Notes: a model not told the origin generated them from the letters alone. Positions 1-7,583 are shown, numbered from the stretch's first letter. The stretch is 48,866 nucleotides of DNA from an uncultured virus (IMG/VR IMGVR_UViG_2061766007_001531) (IMGVR_UViG_2061766007_001531); one strand, 5' to 3'. Numbers and translations are program-made.

Positions 1-1175
1 TGACCCAGTATTACTGGGAGGCACAACAGAACGACCTAATTAACAGTGAGGTGACGTCGTTGGTTCCCTTTAGGCGCGTGCAGCAAACTTTTTGATGCAT
101 AATAAAAAGATTTGATTTGTATAATCTCCTATTAATTTCCGCGCCTAGTAGTTTTGGTAGTATGAGCCGTTGGATCGCTCAGAGCCTGCTCTGGTCGAGA
201 TCTTCTACCATATGAAACGGACAAGTGTTGGGCCTAGTAGCAAAGGAACGCACTTTAAACACGGGATTTGCTACAACGTCTCGCAGAGCAGAGAACAGAC
301 GTTAAATAGGAGTATGCTCTAGTGTCGCCTTTAGAGCGGTAGCTGGCACGATAAATATTAGGAACTGACTCCCTGCGCTTTCAATGGACGATAGCTAGAT
401 AGCAGGTTAAAAATAGACTCTTCGCCCGTCTCANNNNNNNNNNAGTTTTGATAGTATGCGCCGTTGTACCGCTCGGTGCCTGCACCGGTCGAGGTATTCT
501 ATCAGATGAAACGGACAACCGGTCTCTATGTTCTTTCGAATCGGTATATAAAATGCGAAGACCACCCACTATAGGGGATTGAAAAATATATAGCACGCCG
601 CCTTTAGAGCGGTAGCTGGCGTGTAATGAAATTAGGAACTGACTCCAACGCCACCAAAAGTACACGGGGCGAAATAAATGAAGTACTAGCACAAGTGATC
701 GCCACACGGAAAGTGTCTGAAAAACAAAAATGGGGCGCTCCAAGAACAGGAGCGAGATCAAAAGGCTCTTGCTGGTCACAGAGGGTGTGTAGAAAGCAAG
801 TAAAACACGGGTATGCCCANNNNNNNNNNTTTGTCATGGCACGTGCTTAATGAGTACATGCTTCATACTGCTGTGCCAGCATCGTTTAATTGGTGCTGAA
901 TACTAGTTGCACTAAGCAAGTTATGATTCTCCAGTATGAGTAAAAACTACCGTTTGGGCTGCGTGAGATGCGCCGGGTCCACCCTACACCGCCGCGTTGT
1001 CCTGACGCGGGATATAAATCAAATCATTGCGATGGACCGCAAAGAGCACGCGGTATATAAAGAGAATGCTCTCGCCGTGACCTATAGGCACGGACTTATG
1101 GAGATTAGGAGCCATGAATACGCTATTTGGCTTAATACTCTGTGGATAGCTAGCAAACAAATCCTAATTTCCTTT
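1..1175 (+). ncRNA. GC-rich non-coding structured RNA tract made of tandem H-type pseudoknots and hairpins (contains N gaps at 434-443 and 820-829)
   Basis: No credible ORF or SD. Repeated stem/loop/A-rich linker/loop-complement units, e.g. GTGTT225-229:AACAC258-262 with GTAGCAAA237-244:TTTGCTAC267-274, and AACGTCT275-281:AGACGTT297-303 with AGAGCA285-290:TGCTCT315-320. Compensatory changes between the 150-224 and 444-517 copies. Confidence 0.7.
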
Positions 1176-1212
1176 TATGCCCGAGTGGTGGAATGGCAGA
1201 CACCACAGACTT

Positions 1213-2043
1213 ATTAATTTGAGCACTTGGATACGAAAGTTCCAATGTGAATGTTCCCTAATTCGGTGAAAGTCCAAACTTTGGATTACGCCGAGCTAAA
1301 TTGGATTACGCTATAAAAATTTTTTCCAAAGCGTAAAAGAAAATAAAATAGTTTCCTTCTACTGTAATCACTCTTATAATGAGGTGATGAATATGCGAAA
1401 TGATATTATTGAACGCAAAAATGAAATTCTTCAATGGATTGAAGAAAATCAATCAAAAGCTTATATGTCCCGTGAGTTACATTGCAAACAAGAAACATTA
1501 AATAGATATTTGCAATTATGGGGCATTACTTATGAAGGAAACATGAGCGGAAAAGGTATGACTAAACAATCTAATAAAGGAATGAAATTGTTAGATTATT
1601 TAGCAAATAGTGCGGATGTACAGACTAATAAAGTACGACGTAAATTACTTGAAGAAGGTTATAAAGAATATAAATGTGAATGTTGCGGTAATACTGAATG
1701 GATGGGACATCCTATTCCATTGGAGGTGCATCATAAAGATGGCGACCGTAATAATAATACATTAGAAAACTTTGAACTTTTATGTCCTAATTGCCATGCT
1801 TTTACTGATAGTTATCGTGGAAAAAATAGTAGAATTAATCCATAAATGTGTAGAGACTATATAGGAACTATCTAAGTAATTATAGCAATAGATTACCAGT
1901 AATGGAGTGTAGATTACTTCGGCAGAAGTCAGCGTTAAATGGATCGTTTGATATATTGAAAATCTACTAAGCTATATTTTATATGATAAAGACATAGTCC
2001 AGACTACAACACGCAAGTGGCTATGGCAACATAGTGTAGTATG
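1213..2043 (+). mobile_element. Group I intron (IC3-like) in the tRNA-Leu anticodon (U^AA)
   Basis: 5' CTT^ATTAATTTGAG P1, P/Q-like core TTCGGTGAAA...CGCCGAGCTAAA, R-like GTGTAGAGACTA (~1847-1859), S-like AAGACATAGTCC (~1989-2000), terminal G at 2043. Same insertion site as cyanobacterial trnL(UAA) introns. Confidence 0.9.
1393..1845 (+). CDS. Intron-encoded HNH homing endonuclease
   Basis: CECCG...LEVHHKDGDRNNN...LLCPNCH HNH/Zn motif, N-terminal HTH-like segment, SD GAGGTGA. Confidence 0.9.
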   Translation: MRNDIIERKNEILQWIEENQSKAYMSRELHCKQETLNRYLQLWGITYEGNMSGKGMTKQSNKGMKLLDYLANSADVQTNKVRRKLLEEGYKEYKCECCGNTEWMGHPIPLEVHHKDGDRNNNTLENFELLCPNCHAFTDSYRGKNSRINP

Positions 2044-2133
2044 AAAATCTGTTGCTTGTATAAGCGTGCCGGTTCAAGTCCGGCCTCGGGCACTTTAATA
2101 TAATAGAGGGTAGCTTATAAAGCNNNNNNNNNN

Positions 2134-2218
2134 GCTATTGCGGCTATGGTAACATAGTGTAGTATGAAAATCTGTCGCTCTAATCAGCGTGCCGGTTCAA
2201 GTCCGGCCTCGGGCACCA
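2134..2218 (+). tRNA. Second variant of the intron 3' end plus tRNA-Leu exon 2 (2167-2218, with CCA), after an N gap
   Basis: Near-identical to 2017-2092 with a different variable arm. Likely a strain variant or a duplicate. Confidence 0.7.
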
Positions 2219-2332
2219 GTTTCCGACCAGTGATTCTCAATGTCGTAAAACTCATAGATCAAACGCGCTGATTTGGCGCACCGAGGGTAGCTGACAGGGC
2301 GCCCTCTATTTTTGTATTATGAGGAGAAATGT

Positions 2333-2809
2333 ATGAAAAGATTAATTACAATTTTACTCGCTTTTATTTTAATATTGGGATACACTTATGCCGAATCTCC
2401 CGCAACTCCGACGGATTTAGAAGAAATTGATGATAATGATTATGGATGCATAACCGCACAATTAGATAGGCAAGTTTTTCTTCAAATTTTAAATGAAAAG
2501 TCCTACTATTGTGTGGGCGATAAAGTTACTCTAGTTGCGATTCTTATAAATTTTCTTCCCGAAGATAAATGTACTTTTGTTTGGGAATATACTACAGATC
2601 ATATCACATGGCACATCGTTCCTAATGCTGATGAACAGACATATACTTTTATACTTAATGAAGAAACTACAAATTATTATTGGCGCGTAACGGTATATAT
2701 TGAAGATCCAGAGCCAATTAATATAGCAAAATTATACAAATTACATGATTATGTAACACCACTTGGCCTTTCATTATTTGTAAAACAGACAGGAGATTGT
2801 TTTGATTAA
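2333..2809 (+). CDS. Secreted/surface protein with signal peptide and possible Ig-like fold
   Basis: MKRLITILLAFILILGYTYA signal peptide, SD GAGGAG, beta-rich W/Y pattern. Confidence 0.65.
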   Translation: MKRLITILLAFILILGYTYAESPATPTDLEEIDDNDYGCITAQLDRQVFLQILNEKSYYCVGDKVTLVAILINFLPEDKCTFVWEYTTDHITWHIVPNADEQTYTFILNEETTNYYWRVTVYIEDPEPINIAKLYKLHDYVTPLGLSLFVKQTGDCFD

Positions 2810-2820
2810 GGAGTGATACT

Positions 2821-2940
2821 ATGGACGCTTTATTTGAATCACTTGTAAATACAGGATGGGGCGCAATTATCATCGGAATATTTATTATTATTGCCCTAAT
2901 AATTCATTTTTTAGATGATAATCATAATCCAAAAATTTGA
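2821..2940 (+). CDS. Small membrane peptide (39 aa)
   Basis: SD AAGGAG and a single hydrophobic stretch GAIIIGIFIIIALIIHF. Confidence 0.55.
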   Translation: MDALFESLVNTGWGAIIIGIFIIIALIIHFLDDNHNPKI

Positions 2941-2965
2941 CTTTTTATAAAAATTATATTATAAT
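2937..2965 (+). promoter_or_regulatory. sigmaA/sigma70 promoter for the tRNA cluster
   Basis: TTGACT-17-TATAAT. Confidence 0.85.
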
Positions 2966-2997
2966 TTATATGTAATAGAGAGATTTCTCTCTGATAT

Positions 2998-3068
2998 GCC
3001 GCTATCGTACAATGGTAGTACTAGTGCTTCGTAAGCACTGTATGACAGTTCGAATCTGTCTGGTGGCT
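2998..3068 (+). tRNA. tRNA-Thr(CGU)
   Basis: Cloverleaf; AGTGC-TTCGTAA-GCACT; T loop TTCGAAT. Confidence 0.9.
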
Positions 3069-3135
3069 CTTGGTCTACCGTTAGCGCTTCATGCGACCAC
3101 CTTAGGCGGAAAAACTGAGTAGAAGCGCATTTTAT

Positions 3136-3207
3136 GCCCCATTAGCTTAACGGATAGAGCGTGCGGCTACGGACCGCAATATAGGCGTCCAACTCGTCTA
3201 TGGGGTA
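3136..3207 (+). tRNA. tRNA-Arg(ACG)
   Basis: Cloverleaf; TGCGG-CTACGGA-CCGCA; atypical T loop TCCAACT. Confidence 0.85.
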
Positions 3208-3487
3208 CTTAGGTGACTGACAAGGCTTAGGTGCATGAATATTGATGATATGAGGTACCGATGGACTCATTGGTGGGAGCGAAAGTGATTACCACTAAGT
3301 CAATATAATAGGGCGGTGGGACGCGAGTGGTTATCTTAAATATAGAAAATAAGTAGTATGAACCGAGACCCTAACGGGAGAATGTACAACAGGAGTATCA
3401 GCGCTATTTTCTATTAGTATATGGAACTAATCTATCCGGAGTTCCTGCGGTTTAAGGATAGGGTTGCGGTACCTTACACCGCATTAT

Positions 3488-3563
3488 GCCGCGGTAGTTC
3501 AGTTGATAGAACAAGTGATTAGTAATCACTAGGCCGAGGGTTTGAGTCCCTCTCGCGGCTCCA
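3488..3563 (+). tRNA. tRNA-Thr(AGU) with CCA
   Basis: AGTGA-TTAGTAA-TCACT anticodon arm; encoded CCA. Confidence 0.88.
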
Positions 3564-3566
3564 TAT

Positions 3567-3859
3567 GGGGTAGCGTAGTATCGACAGGTATAATATGTAT
3601 TAAGAACACGGGTAGGCGGAGCGCCTTAAGCAGCAACTTAAAAGAAACGACGAATTTGATTTCGCTTTAGCCGCCTAATGGCTAGCTTAAACGGTAGACC
3701 TGCTAATCGGTAACTACCTGCGGCTCAATGATAGATTAGCAGCTACATATACCTTTTTTCATATTAGTTTGATGGAACTCTAAACCATCTATCGTGTAAG
3801 TAATTCTTAATATTGATTATAGGCTGGACAGGGAGTGCGACCCTCCCTCTACTCCACCA
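3567..3859 (+). ncRNA. ssrA: tmRNA; tag frame ...NDEFDFALAA* (3646-3678)
   Basis: GGGGTAG/CTACTCC-ACCA acceptor with G3:U70, TCGAC near the 5' end, GGAC...T-arm at the 3' end, tag ending ALAA. Confidence 0.93.
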
Positions 3860-3862
3860 TAT

Positions 3863-3935
3863 GCGCGCTTAGCTCAGATGGGAGAGCATCTGCCTTACAA
3901 GCAGAGGGTCGGCGGTTCAAATCCGTCAGTGCGCA
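3863..3935 (+). tRNA. tRNA-Val(UAC)
   Basis: TCTGC-CTTACAA-GCAGA; canonical cloverleaf. Confidence 0.93.
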
Positions 3936-3956
3936 CATTATTTGGAGGTATTAACT

Positions 3957-4271
3957 ATGATTGGTAAATATAAAGTAATCACATTATGTGGTAGTACGAG
4001 GTTTAAGGAGGACTTTGAACGTGTCAATCGTGAACTTACTCTTCTTGGGAACATTGTTATTTCTGTGGGTTGTTTTGGCCATAGTGGTGATTCGTTCAAT
4101 GAAGAACAAAAAGTAATGCTTGATGATATTCATAAACGCAAGATTGATATGGCAGATGCTATTTATGTAATCAATAAAGATGGGTATATTGGCGCGAGTA
4201 CTAAGAGTGAAATTGAATACGCGCACAAACATAATAAACAAATCATTTATATGGAAGATGATTTGATATAA
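3957..4271 (+). CDS. Conserved phage protein, DUF4406/NDT-like flavodoxin fold
   Basis: ITLCGSTRF...KIDMADAIYVIN..GYIG.ST..EIEYA pattern; SD GGAGG. Confidence 0.65.
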   Translation: MIGKYKVITLCGSTRFKEDFERVNRELTLLGNIVISVGCFGHSGDSFNEEQKVMLDDIHKRKIDMADAIYVINKDGYIGASTKSEIEYAHKHNKQIIYMEDDLI

Positions 4272-4272
4272 C

Positions 4273-4344
4273 GCTCCTGTAGTTCAGTGGTAGAACATGT
4301 GACTTTTAATCACAGGGCCGTGCGTTCAAGTCGCACCAGGGGCA
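4273..4344 (+). tRNA. tRNA-Lys(UUU)
   Basis: TGTGA-CTTTTAA-TCACA. Confidence 0.92.
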
Positions 4345-4351
4345 CTTGAAT

Positions 4352-4423
4352 GCCGGCATCGTATAAAGGATAAGACAAGGGACTTCTAATCCCTAAATCA
4401 GAGTTCGATTCTCTGTGCCGGTA
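4352..4423 (+). tRNA. tRNA-Arg(UCU)
   Basis: AGGGA-CTTCTAA-TCCCT. Confidence 0.88.
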
Positions 4424-4428
4424 CTTAT

Positions 4429-4503
4429 GTAGTCGGTAGTTTAATGGTAAAACCCTAGATTGTGGCTCTAGAGTCATAGGTTCAATTCCTATCCGATTAC
4501 CCA
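4429..4503 (+). tRNA. tRNA-His(GUG) with G-1 and CCA
   Basis: CTAGA-TTGTGGC-TCTAG; G-1:C73. Confidence 0.9.
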
Positions 4504-4504
4504 T

Positions 4505-4580
4505 GCCGAGGTAGCTCAGCTGGTAGAGCATGGGACTGAAAATCCCTGTGTCGGCGGTTCAACTCCACCCCTCGGCACCA
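4505..4580 (+). tRNA. tRNA-Phe(GAA) with CCA
   Basis: GGGA-CTGAAAA-TCCC; canonical. Confidence 0.93.
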
Positions 4581-4585
4581 ATTAT

Positions 4586-4614
4586 TTGACTTTTATTATA
4601 AATTATATTATAAT
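4586..4614 (+). promoter_or_regulatory. sigmaA promoter
   Basis: TTGACT-17-TATAAT. Confidence 0.85.
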
Positions 4615-4642
4615 TTTTATGTAAGAAGAAAGGAGTATTCGT

Positions 4643-4843
4643 ATGAGAGATCCGAATCGTATTGATAAATTTTGTGATGAACTTAATAAACTTTGGCACA
4701 AGGTACCAGACTGGCGCTTTGGTCAATTTATGTGGAATATAATTTCTGCCTGTCAAGCTAAAGGTATAGATACCTTTTATATGGAAGATGATAAGATGAT
4801 GGAGTTTCTCAAAGAATACTTCAAGGAGATTATTGATGAATAA
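4643..4843 (+). CDS. Hypothetical phage protein (MRDPNRID...PDWRFGQ family)
   Basis: SD AAGGAG; the motif is common in phage small proteins. Confidence 0.75.
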   Translation: MRDPNRIDKFCDELNKLWHKVPDWRFGQFMWNIISACQAKGIDTFYMEDDKMMEFLKEYFKEIIDE

Positions 4844-5774
4844 ACCGATATTGTTCGCGGGTACGCGACCATACGGCAGAGCAGAAAATATCTCTGCTCT
4901 ATATGATGCCTATAGAGGATAGAAAAAGTATATTGAAGTACACGGCGCAAATACACATCCAGACATAACTTCTGGTAACTATGATGTACTAGTAATAGAT
5001 GATTTTCCATCACAGACCCCAGGTAAGTGTATTATGATATGGCACGCTATTTAGGGTGGTAAAAGTATTGGATATGATCAGCCCGATCCTTATGTTGATT
5101 ATACGCGAACAAATATAATTGACTATATTATCGCAGCTGGGGATGGCGCCATTCCTATGTGGTCACAATGTGCGCGACTTCCAAAAGAAAAAATACTACC
5201 GCTTGGTATGCCGAGAACCGACGTCTTTATTGGTAAAAAGAAGGGCGATGGTCATACAATACTAGCTAAAAAACGCGCCTACTTCTATGCTCCAACATTT
5301 AGATGGGGTAATGAGCCGCCTAATTTCACTTTAGATTATGATTGGCTTGATGGTCAATTATCAGATAGTGAGATATTCGTGGTAAAGGCGCATATGGCGG
5401 GAGCGTAGATATTGGATAAGAATTATAAACATATAATTGAAATTCCATCTACTGAGCCATCTACTCCATATCTATATGATTGCGATGTAGTAATTACAGA
5501 TTATAGTAGTATTATATTTGATGGGTATTTACTTGGTAAACCATCTATTCTCCTTGAGAAGAAAGGCGGCTATCCTACGTATCGCAAAATGTATATGACT
5601 TATCCGCAAGAATATTCATCACGCTATGTTACTAATGAATATGATTTATTAAATACTTTAAATTCTACTCTAATGCTTACTGATGTAGAATATAGGTGTA
5701 TAGAAAAAATCGCAAATAAATGCGATGGACATTCTTGTGAGAGAATTTGTAAATTAATAAATGAATTGCGGTAA
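4836..5774 (+). CDS. CDP-glycerol glycerophosphotransferase family protein (TagB/TagF-like), 3 in-frame TAG
   Basis: One frame from ATG4836 through TAG 4920, 5052 and 5406. Motifs WH, GMPRTD, YAPTFR, KAH, DVVITDYSSIIFD. Confidence 0.85.
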
Positions 5775-5788
5775 ACCGCAATTTTTAA

Positions 5789-5862
5789 CGGGCATTGGCA
5801 CAATCGGTTAGCGCGCAGAGCTGATAACTCTGAGGTTTCTGGTTCGATTCCAGAATGCCCGA
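5789..5862 (+). tRNA. tRNA-Ile(GAU)
   Basis: CAGAG-CTGATAA-CTCTG. Confidence 0.9.
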
Positions 5863-5996
5863 TTCAGAGGTTGCGACCTCAGGTATCTTATGATGCACGT
5901 AAATTCCGTATACGTCCGAATTACTACACAAAATGATGTAGTTGGTACGGTAGAGAAAACTACGGCGCTATGCTAAGTAACAACGAAACTTGGTGA

Positions 5997-6068
5997 AGGC
6001 TGATAGTGTAATTGGCAACATAGCGGTCTCCAAAACCGTTGTTCTAGGTTCGAGTCCTAGTCGGCCTG
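5997..6068 (+). tRNA. tRNA-Trp(CCA)
   Basis: GCGGT-CTCCAAA-ACCGT. Confidence 0.92.
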
Positions 6069-6142
6069 CATGCCGTTGAGAACAAATGTGGCTTGGGCCA
6101 GAAATGCCGATGTGTAGAATGGTTCCGACTTATGGGCCGCCT

Positions 6143-6215
6143 GCTCGAGTAACCGAATGGAATAGGTATCCGGCTTAGAACCGGAGTTTTGTGAGTTCAA
6201 CTCTCACCCCGAGCA
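6143..6215 (+). tRNA. tRNA-Leu(UAG anticodon), short variable arm
   Basis: TCCGG-CTTAGAA-CCGGA; A73; no long variable arm. Confidence 0.8.
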
Positions 6216-6222
6216 CTTATAT

Positions 6223-6295
6223 GGGGAAGTAGCTCAATCGGTAGAGCACCTGCCTTGCAAGCAGGAGGTAGAGGGATCGTAGCCCTTCTTCTCCA
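6223..6295 (+). tRNA. tRNA-Ala(UGC)
   Basis: CCTGC-CTTGCAA-GCAGG; G3:U70. Confidence 0.9.
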
Positions 6296-6418
6296 CGTTG
6301 TCTAGACTGATGTGCGTTCTTTGGTTTCTGGCTGCGTACAGAGAATGTAATTAGAAAGAAATGACGGCACGGTAACTGTCGGTTGTAAAGAAGGTTTAGC
6401 TAACCAGTTACCTTTTAT

Positions 6419-6490
6419 GCGTCCAACACTCGTCGGCCGGGTACGACACTGCAAATGTCGCGTTAGTTGGTTCAACTCCAACTGGATGCT
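6419..6490 (+). tRNA. tRNA-Cys(GCA), atypical D arm
   Basis: CGACA-CTGCAAA-TGTCG; U73. Confidence 0.8.
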
Positions 6491-6689
6491 CAAGGGTACT
6501 GCTTTCCTAGCGGAATAACTGCAAGCAGCGGCAGAAGTGTCGATAGATGGGAGACGGATTTAGTAACTACTAAACACGATATTAGTAGTGAGGTAGTCGT
6601 AATTAAATAAGGAACCACGTGGATTTACCATCAACTTTTTTATTATTGAAGTGGTTATTCAATATATTATACTATAGTAGGTGATACGT

Positions 6690-6811
6690 ATGAGAACTAG
6701 AGCTGAAAAACGTCATAATGATTGGAAAAAGGCTATTCGTAAACGTAAAATCATCAATGCTTATGGATGGGATTATTATGATAATCTTCATCAATATAGT
6801 AAAAATAAGAT
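6690..6811 (+). CDS. Hypothetical protein, partial (cut by N gap); variant of 6964-7200
   Basis: MRTRAEKRHNDWKKAIRKRKIINAYGWDYYDNLHQYSKNK is nearly identical to the downstream ORF. Confidence 0.7.
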
Positions 6812-6831
6812 NNNNNNNNNNGTTTAAATAT

Positions 6832-6915
6832 GTAGAAGGATCTCGGTGTGGACTGAGGCCCGCCTGGAAAGCGGTGCGTATCGTAAGGTATGAGGTTCGA
6901 CTCCTCCTATCTACG
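6832..6915 (+). tRNA. tRNA-Ser(GGA)
   Basis: CCGC-CTGGAAA-GCGG, variable arm, G73. Confidence 0.8.
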
Positions 6916-6963
6916 CGTTATGTGGTATAGCCACATATATTATACTATAATGGAGTGATGCAT

Positions 6964-7200
6964 ATGCGCACAACCGCGGAAAAACGTCACAATGATTGGA
7001 AGAAAGCTATTCGTAAAAAGAAAATTATTAATGCTTATGGATTCGATTACTATGATAATCTTCATCAATATAGCAAAAATAAGATTCATTGTTCATGTCC
7101 GTTATGTAGCGGAAAAAGTGATATGAATCGTGGAATTGTTTCTATATCCGATAAACGTAAAATTGAGGATATGGATAGTCAAGAATTTGACAACGAATAA
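6964..7200 (+). CDS. Hypothetical protein with HCSCPLC Zn motif
   Basis: ORF track; SD GGAGTGA. Confidence 0.75.
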   Translation: MRTTAEKRHNDWKKAIRKKKIINAYGFDYYDNLHQYSKNKIHCSCPLCSGKSDMNRGIVSISDKRKIEDMDSQEFDNE

Positions 7201-7215
7201 ATTTTATAGTATAAT
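7187..7215 (+). promoter_or_regulatory. sigmaA promoter
   Basis: TTGACA-17-TATAAT. Confidence 0.85.
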
Positions 7216-7326
7216 AATTATAGAAAGAGAGATAATGTGTACAGAAGAGGCAACTTGAAGAAGTTTGTTGCAAAAGTTATAGAAAATAAAATCTCCTTTC
7301 TCACTTGCGGCGAAAGCCGCATTTAT

Positions 7327-7399
7327 CGGGGTATAGCGCAGTTGGTAGCGCGGGTGCCTTGGGAGCATCAGGCCTTCGGTTCAAGTCCGAATACTCCGA
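7327..7399 (+). tRNA. tRNA-Pro(UGG)
   Basis: GGTGC-CTTGGGA-GCATC; C1:G72, A73. Confidence 0.92.
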
Positions 7400-7403
7400 C
7401 TTA

Positions 7404-7492
7404 TAGACCGTCACAGCAAACATATATATGGTAAAAGAAGATGCTGAAAACATTAACTGAAAGGGTTCAATTCCCTTAAATTTAACGGTCTA
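7404..7492 (+). ncRNA. tRNA-like RNA (possible Y-RNA-like tRNA mimic)
   Basis: Outer stem TAGACCGT/ACGGTCTA encloses CACAGCAAA, a TGGTA D-like loop, a GATG-CTGAAAA-CATT arm and an AAGGG-TTCAATT-CCCTT T arm, with non-tRNA spacing. Confidence 0.55.
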
Positions 7493-7498
7493 GTTTAT

Positions 7499-7583
7499 GA
7501 CAGTATGGCGGAGTGGTAACGCGTCGGATTGCTAATCCGTAGCCGCCCGAAAGGACGCCCAAGTTCGAGTCTTGGTACTGTCG
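7499..7583 (+). tRNA. tRNA-Ser(GCU)
   Basis: CGGA-TTGCTAA-TCCG; long variable arm. Confidence 0.9.

Larger units (their letters stand above)
1179..2092 (+). tRNA. tRNA-Leu(UAA), split: exon1 1179-1212, exon2 2044-2092
   Basis: GCCCGAG...ACAGACTT joined to AAAATCTGT...GGTTCAAGTCCGGCCTCGGGCA rebuilds a cloverleaf with anticodon loop CTTAAAA and a long variable arm. Confidence 0.92.

Noticed and set aside
1..1175. CRISPR array, or the ORFs 381-779, 604-837, 626-850 and 936-1217
   Set aside because: No identical direct repeats with regular spacers. The ORFs lack SDs, cross N gaps or overlap the tRNA, and do not look like proteins.
3211..3330. ZTP riboswitch-like GTGACTGAC
   Set aside because: The downstream GCCYGGGC pseudoknot partner is absent and there is no regulated gene behind it.
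4352..4423. Possible amber suppressor tRNA (loop contains CTA); likewise the TAG-anticodon tRNA at 6143
   Set aside because: The 7-nt loop CTTCTAA centres on TCT (Arg). Anticodon UAG reads CUA Leu codons, not UAG stops.
4836..5774. Split ORFs interpreted as pseudogenes (also 19069-21036, 24929-26170, 40744-41745)
   Set aside because: All interruptions are TAG only, in frame, with intact catalytic motifs and SDs. Recoding explains them better than decay.
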